DNA of 61,920 bases, the filler included, from Blastocystis sp. subtype 4 (lineage: Eukaryota), in NCBI RefSeq assembly GCF_000743755.1. It is 13 parts of 13 records of this genome, joined end to end, with 100 filler letters (N's around TTAATTAATTAA, not from the genome) between each part and the next. Parts side by side here need not be neighbours in the genome. Positions count along the whole stretch, not along the records: positions 10,291 to 15,476 come from NW_014569043.1; positions 15,577 to 20,803 come from NW_014569041.1; positions 20,904 to 25,341 come from NW_014569039.1; positions 25,442 to 29,834 come from NW_014569037.1; 9 more parts are not named here. One strand, written 5' to 3'. Below, piece by piece: positions 11,546 to 25,449 of this stretch; position 1 is the first letter of the stretch; each line of letters opens with the position of its first letter. Below the pieces are notes generated by a model. That model saw only the letters and a list, made by a program, of their open reading frames with translations. It was not told the DNA's origin and made no database searches. The translations under genes were made by a program, and so were the position numbers.

Positions 11546-14500
11546 ATGGATAATAGTATGTATCAGAAGAGAATTGGGTCACAACTAGTTGACGAAGAAA
11601 TCCGAAAGAACCAATTGGAGCGAAAACTAGCTAATGGTGAAGTAGCTGCATTTGGAGAGAAATATCAAGGTCAATTCGATCGAGACCTGTATGGTGGAGT
11701 GGATAAAGGTATAGGAATGGATTCGGAGTTGAACTTGTAGACAAATACAACGAAGAGATTATTGAAGAAGATGAATTGGAAGCAAATGAGGTTGGTGATT
11801 ATTCTGGACTGTAGAGATTCGAAGGAGATTGTGAGATTGTAGACATCCTGCTACAATCAATCGACGACGTAAAGAAGAAGCAGATCAACGTGAAAATGAG
11901 ATTGAAGATATGCGACAGCGAGGGGGAAGTGGTTTGGTGAATACTCGAATTGCTGACAGAGAAAGTGATTATCAGCGTCAACGAATTAAACGAATGTTAT
12001 CACCTGAGGTAGGTTGTATTCATGGAATTCTTAGGATTAGAGAAGCGATCCTTACAAGGATAGCGAACCAGTTCGTGGTTACAAGGAAGTAATGCGTGAG
12101 AAACTGTTGGATGAGGAGGAGAGTCGTGTATACAAACAGATTCTGGAGAAGCAACAAGAAGAGCAAGAACGTCAAGTGTGTATGATGGGAATCTATCATA
12201 ATTAGAGTCAGAAGCGATCTGAGGCCTCTACTGATAAGACAGTTTCTTCTACAGATAGTGTATGGGATGCTCCTACGCCTAGTTGGATTCTTCTATAACT
12301 TTCATGTGTAGCTCGTGGTTCTGAAGTGGGAGAGACACCATCTCGCAGTAAGTGGGGTGAGACACCTGCTCGTGGGAAATGGGATCAAGGGGAGAAGACG
12401 ATTGGAGATACGCCTGGAGCGAAACGTTCTCGATGGGATGAAACCCCTGTGAGTCGAGCCTTTGGAACTAGTACTCCAGGTTCTGGTGGTGTGACACCTG
12501 GAGGTCCAATGACTCTGTGGCAACAGGAGATGGCTTGGCGAAATCGTCCATTAACAGATGAGGAGCTGGATCAGTTGCTGCCTGGAGGTTATCGTATCGT
12601 GGTTCCACCTGAGAGCTATGTAGAGATAAAGAGAGAATATGAGATGTAGAAACCAAAGGTTCAAAGGAATCACAATCTAATGAGTACACCCACTCCAATG
12701 GCAACACCAGGATTCAATATTGGTGACACACCTACACGTGAGGTGTATGGTATGATGACACCAGGTAATAGAGGGATACAGAATGAATCGTAGTGGTTCA
12801 AGAGGTGCCTCTGTTTGCTCATGATCAACAACAATTTGCAGATCTGTTGAAGGATGTGGATGAGGCGAATATGACAAAGGAGGAAGCCCGAGATCGAAAG
12901 ATCATGATTCTTCTACTGAGGATTAAAAATGGAAACCCTCTTCAGAGGAAGGGTGCTCTTCGTCAGATTACAGAAGGAGCTGTTAGTTTTGGAGCTGGTC
13001 CTCTGTTCAATAGGTGCGTGAGTATAGCAAGAGAATGATTTATAGAATTCTCCCATTACTGGTAAGTACAGAACTGGAGGATCAGGAGCGTCATCTCCTT
13101 GTGAAGGTGGTGAATCGAGTGTTGTTTAAGCTGGATTCATTAGTCCGTCCATTCGTTCATAAGATTCTCGTAGTAGTCGAACCCATGTTAATTGATGCTG
13201 ACTACTATGCACGTGTTGAGGGTCGTGAGGTGGTATCGAATCTAGCAAAGGCAGCTGGTCTTGCATATATGATCTCCTCAATGCGAGAGGACCTGGATAG
13301 TCAGGATGAGTATGTTCGGAATGCTACGGCTGCTGCTTTCTCCGTGGTTGCTTCAGCACTGGGTATTCCTGCAATGATTCCATTCCTGAAAGCTGTATGT
13401 CGGAGTAAGAAGAGTTGGTTGGCTCGACACACTGGTATCAAGATTGTGAAGCGTATTGCTGAGTTGATGGGTTGTGCAGTATTGCCTCATCTCCGTCACT
13501 TGGTTGAGTGTGTGAAGGATGGAATCACAGATGAACAGCCGAAGGTCCGAACGATTACTGCTCTTGCTCTGGCTGCATTGGCTGAAGCTTCCTTCCCTTA
13601 CGGTATTGAATCCTTTGACTGTGTTTTGGCACCTCTGTGGTCTTCAGTGAAGGTTCTTCGAGGCAAATCACTGGCAGCCGTATTGAAAGCAGTGGGTTTC
13701 ATTATTCCTCTGATGGATGAGACACGAGCTTCTCAATACATCGATGATGTGATGTATATCCTGGTCCGTGAATTCAGTACTCCAGATGAGGAAATGAGGA
13801 AGATCGTTATCAAGGTAGTGAAGCAGTGTGTTCAAACTGATGGTATTGCTAGTGAAGTGAGATTAGAATGAATGTGTAACTGATAGTATATCAAGGAGTC
13901 AATTGTCCCTGAATTCTTCAAACATTTGTGGACACGACGTACTGCTGGGAATCGATACACAAGCAAAATCCTTGTAGAGACAACAAATGAGATCGCTCAA
14001 CGAGTGAGTATGAGGAGAGAGAGTAAGGATTTAGGTAGGAGCTCAGGAGGTGATTGCTCGTCTGGTACCGTGTATGAAAGATGAGAATGAGTGGTTCAGG
14101 TATATGGTACTCAACAGTATCACATCTGTACTCTCCATGTTGGGAGCTTCAGATCTGGATCTACGTCTTGAGGAACAATTAATGAATGGGCTGTTATTCG
14201 CTTTCCAGGAACAGGGTGGTGAAGACACATCTGCCCTGATCAACTGTTATGGAACAGTACTGAAGATGCTGGGTATTCGTGCTAAGCCCTATATGGATGA
14301 GATCACCTCTGCAATCAAATGGCGACTCAGTAATCGGAATGCGAATGTGCGTATGCAGGCAGCTGATCTGATTGCTCGAATTGCTCCCTCAATGAAGGCA
14401 TGTGGTGAAGACAACGCACTGAAGAATATGGGTCGAGTGCTATTTGAGTATTTGGGTGAAGAGTTCCCTGATGTGTTGGGATCCATTCTAGGCGCACTCA

Positions 14501-15423
14501 AATCTATTGTGAATGTGATGGGGATGGAGGAGATGGAACCTCCTATCCGAGATCTGCTCCCACGATTAACACCAATTCTCCGAAATCGAAATGAGAAGGT
14601 ACAAGAGAATTGTATTGATCTGGTGGGTCGAATTGCTGATCGTGGTCCTGAATTTGTTCCTCCAAAGGAGTGGTCTCGAATCTGCTTTGATTTGCTGGAT
14701 ATGCTGAATGCAAAGAAGAAGTCGATTCGACGAACCACAGTAAACACGTTTGGATACATTGCCAAGGCCCTGGGACCACAGGATGTGATGTACACACTCC
14801 TCAATAATTTGAAGGTCCAGGAGCGACAAAACCGTTTGTGTACCTCGATTGCTATTGCTATTGTAGCTGAGGCCTGCGAGCCATTTACTGTGTTACCAGC
14901 TCTTATGAATGAATACCGTCTACCTGAAATGAATGTCCAGAATGGCGTATTGAAGGCTCTCTCCTTCATGTTTGAGTATATCGGAGAGACAGCAGCCAAT
15001 TATATTTACAGCTGTGTTCCTCTTCTGGAAGATGCGCTTATGGATCGAGATCTGATCCATCGTCAACAAGCGAGTGCAGCTATTAGTCATCTTGCTGTAG
15101 GTGTATATGGAGAGGGATGTGAGGATGCGATTACTCATCTTCTGAACTATGTATTCCCAAACATCTTCGAAGTATCACCTCATTTGAACAAGGCTGTCTT
15201 GGCTGCTATCGAGTCATGTCGTCTGGCATTAGGTCCTCCTGTGGTCCTTATGTACGTGTTACAGGGATTGTTCCATCCAGCACGACGTGTGCGTGAGGTG
15301 TATTGGAAGATTTACAACAATCTATATATCTATGGAGCAGATGCTCTCACGATGGCTTATCCTCTACTGGAAGATGATGGTGTGAATACGTATAGAAGGG
15401 ATTATATTGAGATGTTTATATGA
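11546..15423 (+). CDS. SF3B1: Splicing factor 3B subunit 1 (multi-exon)
   Basis: RWDETP repeats, [23 protein letters not shown] region [18 protein letters not shown]-terminal [18 protein letters not shown]. Confidence 0.97.
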
Positions 15424-15576
15424 TATGTTTGTTACAATCATTTGTTCACAATTCACTTATATCAGTAACAAACACANNNNNNNNNNNNNNNNNNNNNNNN
15501 NNNNNNNNNNNNNNNNNNNNTTAATTAATTAANNNNNNNNNNNNNNNNNNNNNNNNNNNNNNNNNNNNNNNNNNNN

Positions 15577-18500
15577 AGTATTCCAATCACTTGACACATC
15601 ACTCTGTATCACCTTCCAATCTGTGTATTCAATCTGGAAAGGGAAATATGTTGAGAACACAGTTGATACATAGATTGGTTTCGTTCCACTGTTCATTTCC
15701 ATGATATCCAACTCCATCTCTCCAACGTCAACAGTCAGAGTGTAACCAGATCCAGCAGACCAACCATCTCCATATGAATCCTTTCCTTCCAATGTGTAGA
15801 TACCATCATTCAAACAGAAATCAACATAGTAGTAGGCACTTGCTACAGGGAATGAAGATACCGAATCCAACACAGTTCCTGAGTTTCCTCTTCCTTCATA
15901 CAGCTTCCATGAATTCTCATTGGTATAAGAATCAGCTCTGAATCGAACAGTCATCAGACTCTTGCCATCGGTACACACTATAACTCCAACCGAGATAGTA
16001 GCAGTCACATCTCCTCCAGTCACTTTAGTACCAGTGATAGTGTAGGTCTGAGTAGCACTTTCAACAGCAGCAGTACCTGAGATCCAACCAGTGTGAGGAT
16101 CCAATACAATACCAGCAGGAAGGGCAGGATTGATTCTGAAGTTCATGTAACGATCCGCATTCTCAGGAATCACTTCAGACATCTCAATATCCTTGTACAC
16201 AGTAACTGAAGCATCATAAGTGAAGTTTGGAATATCAACCATCATGTTATCAGCAAACAGATCGAGAGATTGAATTCTCCAAGCACAAGCAGAAGAATCA
16301 CCAGAACCAAAGTTCTCAAACTTGAATTGATTGTAAGGAGTGTTATTAGCCAAATAGATCTTTCTCTTCTGACCAGCAATCGAATAAGTGAGATCAGTGA
16401 CTTCCTTCAGAAGAGTCCAGTCCTCAGTACCTGTATTGCGACCATAGAACTTGAATTGAGTTGCTTTCTGATTACTATATGTTGTTGAATAGTAGTTTTG
16501 AACCTGAATCGAACTGATCCATTCACGACGATTGTTTGATAGAGTCAAAGTCAGATAGTTGGTAGAACAGGATGAATAATAGAGGTTGGTTCCGTAATAC
16601 ATATCAATTGCACTGATTGCAGTTCCACTAATTCCAGACATACTTGCCGTAAGTTCCCACAGGTGAGATTCAGATTGTTCTGAAGGCATCAAACGAACCA
16701 TTGCATCGAAATAGGATGTGGTGTAACTGTCAGCAATAGCAACAATCGCAATAGCAATCGTGTTACTTCCAGATTGAAGGAATGTTTACTGTTGAAGTTG
16801 GAACCTGTTTGCCTGGAAGAGTCACAACATTGTATATCAAGTCAGTATATGAATTGTCAACAGTGGATGAAGTCGACAAATCTCCAATCACTCCATTTCT
16901 CCATGCTTCATTTCCATTCAAATACACAATCACTCCATATTCAATCCAGACACTTCATTCAATGAGGCAATGTTGAATGTCTTCTTATACAACTGAATAC
17001 GATTTGAAGAAGTAGGGAATGATCCTCTAGCAGCCTGTTGCCAACCTGATGTATCAGCATTATGCCAATTTGTAGGCACTTCACCCATCTTATAATACCA
17101 TTGTTCTGAATCCTTGATAGAAGGACGACGAACATACACATTGTGAACATTGCTTTGATAGTTATCATATCGACCTTTCACAACCATCTCTTGCTCACCA
17201 TCAGGTAACATATAGTACATTCGATAATACGAATTAGAAGCCCAGGCAGTAGAAAGAGAATAGAATGAAATATCGAATCGATCGACAGTGATACAGACAT
17301 AATGAACCCACTCAGTGTTGGCAGGATGTGAATGACTAGACTGTATCTGATATAGAATACTATCATCAGATGAGTCACGAATACGGAAGTACTCATACTG
17401 AGGACTTGTTGTGTAACTTCGAGTGATCTTATAGAGAGTTCCCGAACAGTCAGTGAAAGCAATACTGAGAGTGGTCTGAAGCTGCAATGATCCCATTGTT
17501 GACGTAATTTGATAAGGAGTAGATGTTAACAACTGATCAGTCATACCAGAGATGATACAAGTATCGGGATCAATACTGATACCGTTAGGAAGTGCGGGAG
17601 AGATTGAACAGCCATAGTAACCGAAATCAGTAGGAGCAATATGCACCTGCTCTCGATTACGGTAGAACGAATACTGAGTCTCAGGATATTCAATAGACGT
17701 TGGGAGAGGACGATTACAAACAAGGAACTGGAGTTCATAGAGAATGATATTTCCAGACTGCGATGATTGAGCAGTAAATCGAATAAAGCTAAACTTCGGT
17801 GGCAGGGTCACCATGTCATACTGTTTCCACTGACTGGATACGTAGCCACCAGCAGTATTGACTAGAATCGTTTGCCAATTCGAAGTCGATGACTGAGATC
17901 CCTCAATCGTAAATGAGACTGGAGCATTAGTTGGACTTGAATAAGGCCAGATACGATACGAATTAATGAGTGGTATGGAAGTGCCAGTAAACTCAAAAGT
18001 AACGGTTCCAGGAGGAGTAGTGAGAGTGGCTCCACTGTTTCTGGTCCAAGAACCAGCATTGACTCCATTGAGGAATCCAGTAGCTGTAATGGTGGTGCTA
18101 GTAGGAGCAACATAACAGTTATTCTGCGTACTCAAACCAGCAAACAATGACAAGAAACTGTTGAACTGAATAATCTCTTGATAATCAGAAGTAAGAGGAT
18201 GGATTTCAACAGCCAGAACACTTGACTGAGTGACTGGCTGAGCAGAACGAATAATACCATGGTAATCAAAAGAATTATATTCTCCAGATGCAAGAGTGGA
18301 CGAACTAGGTTCTCCATCAGGCATATTATCACGATACACTTCATTTCCATTGATATAAGCTACAACACCATACCGATACTTCATCTGAAGTTCAAACGCA
18401 GCCATGTCATTAATTCCCTCGAATGTCTTACGGAAGTACTGAGTTCCAGGAGCCGACTGAGCAGAGATACCAAGAGTAACACTTGTCCAATCACTATCTG

Positions 18501-18960
18501 GGAAATTCACATCCTTCCAGTTTCCAGTAACACCATTCTTATACTTCCAATCAGAACCCAAGTTGATGGGTGAGTACAGAGATAAGGGTTCAGTTTGTGT
18601 TCTAGACTCTGTCATCATGACCTTATACATAACATTTCCGTTAATACCTTCAATCATGAGCCATGCACCATCCGACCAAGAATCACCAGCTGAATCGGAC
18701 ATCTGAAGTGTATACTGGTTATGATTCGAAGCAGTAATGCACTGTTCAATAACTCGTTCTTGATTATTCACAAGAGAAGGAGACGTGTAGACGACAGTTG
18801 AACCAGAAAGAATCTTGAACGACTCTTCGCCAGCCCAACTGGCCGTTTTCTTAGTCATCTTCACATAGACCTGATTTGAAGGACAGATCAGAGAACTAGC
18901 AAGTATTGCTAGAGATGACATAACAAACCTCAATAATACCGCATACAAGAAATAAAACAA
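15577..18960 (-). pseudogene. Large Ig-like (He_PIG-type) / jelly-roll surface protein, frameshifted, 3' truncated
   Basis: Repeated modules DSxGDxW, YGVxxYxNGNE, PALPxGIxxDPxTGxISG; at ~16940 NEVSGL jumps frame into YGVIVYLNGNEAWRNG, about 6 aa short relative to the first repeat. Confidence 0.7.
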
Positions 18961-19843
18961 ATCGATTCATTTCAAATAAATAATGACTATGCTAAATGAA
19001 ACATGAATAAGCGAATTCTAATAGAAGGCACGATCAGTGATGTGTATGATGATAAAGAAAATGACAATTACTAATGTTAATGTGTTCTCTATAATGGCAA
19101 CACCGCTTGTTATTGAAAAATACTCTCATCCAATAGTACTACTAACTGTGAGCGACAAATTGATAATGAAATGATTACATCCATTAATGTATCATTATTC
19201 GATGTGAATCCTATCGGTAATGGATTATTGTGGACTGTAATTATCTCAGGAACCTAGAAACAACTTTTCTCTCTTGATGAACTCATTAGAAGCTAACATA
19301 GACCTGAGCCAAGAGACTACAATCTAGTTGCTCATACTGTTGAATCTACTTCAATGTTCACAGTAACTGAAACTGGGTACCATCCAATAGGAAGAGAATG
19401 AAAAAGTAAATGATTGGACAATGTAGTTGTATGAACAGGTGTCATTGATTTATTGATTATTATAGAAGTAGTTGGTAATTGTTATGATTCGTAACCATGA
19501 AAACAGCACAGTTTGGATAAACCATAGACTTGCCATCTTCGAAAATGTGCCGGATAATCACTGAATGTCAATCTCATGCTTTTGTCCTCTTGAAGAAATG
19601 ATCATCTTGATTTGGTAACAAGCACTATTGTATTTACGATGAGATATCTATTTCCCACACAATTTACTAGGAAACTGACTAACATGAATCGACACATGTG
19701 TATCCAAAGACATAACAGAAAAATAAAGAATCCATAATATGGTTATTATCGTTCTAGATATAGAGAAGGCATCAAATTTGAGAGAATTCGCAGATAGCTG
19801 TTATCAAATCAAGTCATCATTTCACAATAATAATTGATATTTA

Positions 19844-20075
19844 TGAATGGATCAGTTCGATTCAGGTTCAAAACTACTATTCAACAACATACAGTAATCA
19901 GAAAGCAACTCAGTTCAAGTTCTATGGTCGCAATACAGGTACTGAGGACTGGACTCTTCTGAAGGAAGTCACTGGTCTCACTTATTCGATTGCTGGTCAG
20001 AAGAGAAAGATCTATTTGGCTAATAACACTCCTTACAATCAATTCAAGTTTGAGAACTTTGGTTCTGGTGATTCT
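19844..20075 (+). repeat. ~230-bp inverted near-identical copy of an internal part of the surface-protein gene
   Basis: Reverse complement of ~16295-16525 with only a few substitutions; no flanking coding context. Confidence 0.9.
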
Positions 20076-20395
20076 CGTACTTGTCACTATCTTACAGAGT
20101 AGAAGTTTCGATTATCATAACTATTATCACATCTTCATTTTTCAACCACTGATTTCTCGATCTCTAGAACCAGTCTTGTAACTAGATTGTAGTTCATATC
20201 GAACACTCATCTCCTTGTAGCGTTATCCAATAACTCACTATTATTTTTCCACTTATATCCATTATTCCATTCGCTATATATCTTATATCATTTGGGATCC
20301 CAATTCTTATAGGAGACGAAAAGAACCAAGAAATTTCCAGAAAACTTCTTGAAAAGCATAAAGATCAACCATTGTTCCCTCATACTAAATTTTAA

Positions 20396-20802
20396 ATGTC
20401 AGAACGAGAAATCGAGCTATCTGAATCTGGAAATAAGGATAAGAAAGTCACAGAGACTGTAGTTGAGACAAAACAACAGGAAGTGCGGCCAGCATCGATA
20501 TCTACTCTGTTCCTACGGTGGAGAACGAGTAATACTGTTTTTTGGATTTGCATGTACATGATTATCTTCTTTCTTCATTTCTAGTTGCTATTGCTTCGGG
20601 GATTCTAAATCCGTTGTCGTACATGTACTATGGAGATTTGCTGAATGCATTGATTCAAAAACCGCTGAATGCTTCTACAGTGGCTTTTGTTCTCAGTATG
20701 TTTTCATTATTTATGGGTCTATCTGCCATTTTTGCATTCTGTGAACGGTTCTGCTTGTCATTCTTTGCAGGTGGGTTTAGGAGTTGTCAATGATGTATAG
20801 AA
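20396..20802 (+). CDS. N-terminus of ABCB (MDR) transporter, truncated by contig end
   Basis: SISTLF..AIASGILNPLSYMYYGDLLNAL..FSLFMGLSAIFAFCE resembles TM1-TM2 of ABCB1-type proteins. Confidence 0.6.
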
Positions 20803-20902
20803 CNNNNNNNNNNNNNNNNNNNNNNNNNNNNNNNNNNNNNNNNNNNNTTAATTAATTAANNNNNNNNNNNNNNNNNNNNNNNNNNNNNNNNNNNNNNNNN
20901 NN

Positions 20903-21027
20903 NCATACTCTCCACAAATACGAAGCTCCTGGTCCAGACGCTCGCGTTCATAAGGACGACGGGGAGTACTGAAAGTAAGACGATCTAATAGGAGATTAGA
21001 AATGGTTGCGACACAACATACACCATT
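20903..21027 (-). CDS. RPS9: 40S ribosomal protein S9 (uS4), 5' end
   Basis: TFSTPRRPYERERLDQELRICGEY. Confidence 0.9.
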
Positions 21028-21069
21028 CACACAACTAAACAGTGAATGAAAGAATATTCAGGATCATAA

Positions 21070-22648
21070 TACTTACAGTTTCTATGGTGGGCACAAGTAA
21101 CCATTGTAGACTCTTCTTTGGCAAATAGAAAACGATATGTTCAGTGATCTTTTCTTTTTATGACTCTCATACTGTATTCAAAGAAACAACAAAACCCAAT
21201 CTGATTATAACTCCTTCTCTACACATAACAATTTGACTCTGTCATCACCTTCATAAGTATTCTCCGTGAGTGGAATAGCCAGACCCAGCGTGAAATCATT
21301 GATAAACTCAATAATATCAGAGTTCAATGATTCATTCGTCATTGCATGACGAGGCTGATACTTGTACCCATTTTCCTATCGATCACTTTTCATTCTCACT
21401 CAAACAAAGTCAATCAATAGAGCCGACGGTAATACGTCCGGATCCAGACCCGAATTCTTCATCCAAGCTGTATTCTCTTTACCATCACAGAAGACAATTG
21501 TGAAGTCCTTTCTCTTCATAATCTTATTTTCAACAACAGGAAGAGACACTTCATGGAAGATAAAATCTTGGAAATTGTTCCAGTCATTGTTGATGCTCTC
21601 AGGATCGATGAACAAGTGAACCAGGATTCCTGTCTTCCGGAAGTAATTCCGTAAACGTTGCGAATCAACAAAACCCACCGTAGGATGTTCCATCAAACGA
21701 GCCCATTCTTCAATCTTCTTAGCTTCCCAAGGACCGTCGTATACTGATTTCCGTTCATCATAATCACGGTAGATTACAATTGCTGATGTATTGGGTTCAA
21801 GGAAATATGCCTCTTGAATCTACTGATAATTGGACTTCAGGATTTATTACTGTATCACTAATAATCTCACAGGCACGATATAAACCGTCTAAGGCGATAA
21901 CGGCTTTGGTATACTCGTGATACTCTGGACTATCCATCTATCTATCAAATGTTTCAAGAACGACAAACTGAAGGGAAGAAACCATTGATCGATGGCTCGA
22001 GATGATTATCAACAGTTCCACGCCAAAATGAAAACTGATAATAACACCATTCCAGACCATCTTACACGATAGGCAGCTTCTTCGTCTTCAATATGAACTG
22101 CTGGAGAACCTGGATTCTCGTATCCGGCTTGACTCTAGAGGTTAAAACGTTCAGCTTCAACAACCTTGATAAAGAAGAGCATTGCCTCTTTGTTCTGCTG
22201 TCCACTGTATTTGATAGGGGTAGACATGTCCTAGTCTAAGACATCCACACAACTCTTACACCATGGAACAAGGCTAAAGTGGGCGTATGCGATACAGAGT
22301 ATGCGTTAATGACGCCCTGATTGGCATTCCCTTCCAATTGTGCAAAGACAATGGATTCATCCTTCAACGCACAAGATGTGTCTTCCCAGATTGGAGCAAA
22401 ACGGCGACATGCTGGACATGTTGCTGAGTAGAAAAAAACAAACACGATCTCTATACATGAATTCCCAATTTTGAACACCCACTCTTGGACTCAATCACCG
22501 ATTTGAAGTTTTCATCTGTCAATTCCACAGAACACTTGGTACTTACATGCAAATCTTCAGCGTTTCCAAATCTATGGAACATAACATTTCCAAACAAATA
22601 CATAGTGAATAGAACAAGAAATAGGAATAATTGCTTACGGGATATCAT
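21070..22648 (-). CDS. Protein disulfide isomerase-like thioredoxin-fold protein (multi-exon; 3' end approximate)
   Basis: Signal/anchor peptide, VELTDENFKSVI, VFFYSATCPACRRFAPIW (CxxC = CPAC), PTLALF..IKYSG, followed by further exons. Confidence 0.7.
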
Positions 22649-22751
22649 TCTTTTAGTAAATGCGTCACCTCTTTCGGCTAGTTTGCCCTCATTGGGCGCC
22701 CAATTCCGAATTCTGCAATTCTCGGTCATTTCAACCATTCGTCTAGAGAAT

Positions 22752-23971
22752 ATGACAAAACGAAGAAATCGACCCTCTACAAATACAAAGAAGGGGTGTG
22801 CTCCGTTGATTACTGATGTTCCTACTCTTCTTAAGAACGCACAAGAGAATATTGATACTATGAAGTGGAAGAATGCACTTGTGTTTTTGAAACAGGCTCT
22901 CAATATAGAACCAGAGAATGTAACTGTTATTGATACCATGGCTAGTGTTCTAATGGAGCTGGGAGAGACAGACGACGCTTTTCCTGTAGGTTTCATTTTG
23001 ATACTTGGTAATTCGCTCATTTGCTTGTAGTTGCTTGTCAAGAGTGCGCAGATGGATCCAGAACATAACTTTGAGAAATGGATGAATTTAGGGCAGCTTC
23101 AAGTCATCTTTGTTGGTGTATTTGATTCCTAGAGTGGTAACGATGCAGTTACATGCTACCGAAAGGGAATTCAGCTTCTGGAAGGTGAAATTAGCCAATT
23201 GCCAGAAGGAGAAGATAAGCTGTTGTTGTTGAATCGTCTTTGTGGAGCATACTGTTCTGTAGGAGAGCTCTATATGACTGATTTATGATATCCTTGCATG
23301 CTTTTGTCATAAGTATCCTTGATTGTACTGAAGAAGAAGGAGCAGAACAAAATTGTGAAGGATGCATTCTCCATGGTCTTTCGTTGTGCCCAAATAGTGT
23401 AGAAGGTCTTGTAATGCTTGCTAGTTGCCGAATGTCTCAATGTCGCTTTGATGAAGCTGAAGAGACTCTGATGAAGGTAAATGATATTATTGCTGCAATT
23501 GGTGGACTTTTTTCTGGAGAGTGATGTGCAGATACAACCAATGACATGCTCCCTGCCTATGGAGTTCGTCTGTTTGCTGGTAAGATGTTGTTGGAGTTGG
23601 ACAATGACGATTCTTGTGTTCGTATTGATCATGTTCATTATTTGTAGCGTGATCGTTGTGAAGCAGCCGTTAATTTGTTTGATCAATTATTGCTTGAAAA
23701 TGACGACAATAACGAGTTATTATTCTTGATGGCTACTGCTCACTACAATCTGGAGAGCTATTCAATGGGAATTGAATTTGCAACAGAGTTGAAGACTGTG
23801 AATGTGAGCTTTGTGATTGAGTGATAGAGGTTAAAAAAGGCTCTCAAAGAACATCCAAATGTTCCTGAGTTGAAGGCTCAAATGGAAGAAGTTCAAAAAC
23901 TGCTGGACGATCTGAAAGAAGGTCTTTCCAAGCAGCCTCAACCAACGTCGGAAAAAATGGAACCAGAGTGA
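22752..23971 (+). CDS. TPR protein, ACL4 (Rpl4 assembly chaperone)-like
   Basis: TPR units, FEKWMNLGQL, CYRKGIQLL, SVGELYMTDL, EEGAEQNCE, LASCRMSQ. Confidence 0.7.
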
Positions 23972-24008
23972 TTTTAGTTATGACTTTGTTTTAACATACA
24001 TATTAGCG

Positions 24009-25214
24009 CTACAATTTTGAAAGAATTTCTGGCACAAGGATATGCAAATCCCCAACGATTCCATAATCAGCAATCTAACTAATATCCCATTCCAATCTCT
24101 ACTCCAAATAACGGTGCTTCAGGATCTTTATTAATACACACAATTGTCTGGGATTCTTTCATTCCAGCTTGATGTTGAATTGAACCACTTACCCCCAACC
24201 CAATATACAGTGATGGAGCGATCACTTTCCCTGTTTGACCCACTTGGAGATTGGACTCAAGCATGTTCAGATCAACAGCTGCACGGGTTCCTCCCACTAT
24301 TCATCACAATCCATCACAGTCCACACCTGCTGCACCAAGCTTGTCAGCCAAAGCATACACCTTTTGGAATTCTTCCTTACTACCGACTCCACGACCTCCT
24401 ACAACTACACGACTGGCTGTAACAAGATCAGGACTAGTTATAGGGAAAGGAGAAATCATACCGATCTGACTTCAACACGGTTTCCGAATCTAGAGTAGAG
24501 TAACGATCTGAAACAGGTATTTCCAATGGAATAACTTCCGCTGTGTTGGACTCAACAGGTGTTGGAACAATGAAAGAAGAGGATCGAATTGTCATTACAA
24601 TCGGCTTTGCCGATACTTGGACTGTCTCAACAACATTTCCAGCATATACAAAACGCTGAAAGGTTGACTGATCCACAACTCGAAACACATCAGTGAGCAT
24701 CGGAATGTCGGTAACAGCAGAAAAACGAGCTAAAAGAGATTTGTAATCGGCAGTTGAACAACCACAAACGAAATCGAATGCTACCTATCAACTCCTTATT
24801 CAAACCTCACCATTCTCTTTCAACAATGATTGTAAAACATGACAACGATTCTCAGGAAGTTTACTTGATAGGACCTACAATCACAACGAATCGCCATTAA
24901 TACATTGGGTGCAGAAAGGTATATCTTTGCAACAGGGACATTACGGGCAAGTTCTGAACACTTCTGTTCAGTCAACGACAAATCACATAACCATAACGAT
25001 ACCTTTGATTAATAACGAGGAATGAATTTGATACGCTGCCATATCCCTTAGCAACTTCAATTGCTGAAAGGGTATTCTTTGTTAAACTACCATTTTCGTA
25101 TTGACCTAGAACCAAGGAACCGATACATCGCTTTAGTGGAACACTAGATCCAAGGATCGTGTTACACGTATTAAAACTACTTAATATTGTCAGCGAACAA
25201 GCTTTTGACAGCAT
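24009..25214 (-). CDS. ETFA: Electron transfer flavoprotein alpha subunit
   Basis: [66 protein letters not shown]-terminal presequence-like stretch. Confidence 0.93.
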
Positions 25215-25449
25215 GTCAAAAACCTCGTCAAGAAGAATCCCAAATCTGTATTCTTACGGCAGTTGAAGCAAACTCGTCATGTGGCACCTCAAATAGGAGA
25301 CAGAATATCGGTTGATTTTATCATTTGATTTCAAATCAACGNNNNNNNNNNNNNNNNNNNNNNNNNNNNNNNNNNNNNNNNNNNNTTAATTAATTAANNN
25401 NNNNNNNNNNNNNNNNNNNNNNNNNNNNNNNNNNNNNNNNNACAACCCC

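Noticed and set aside
14289..14999. Long antisense ORFs (also 30731-31174, 22485-23030 extension, 26035-26394)
   Set aside because: Shadows of real genes on the opposite strand or in another frame
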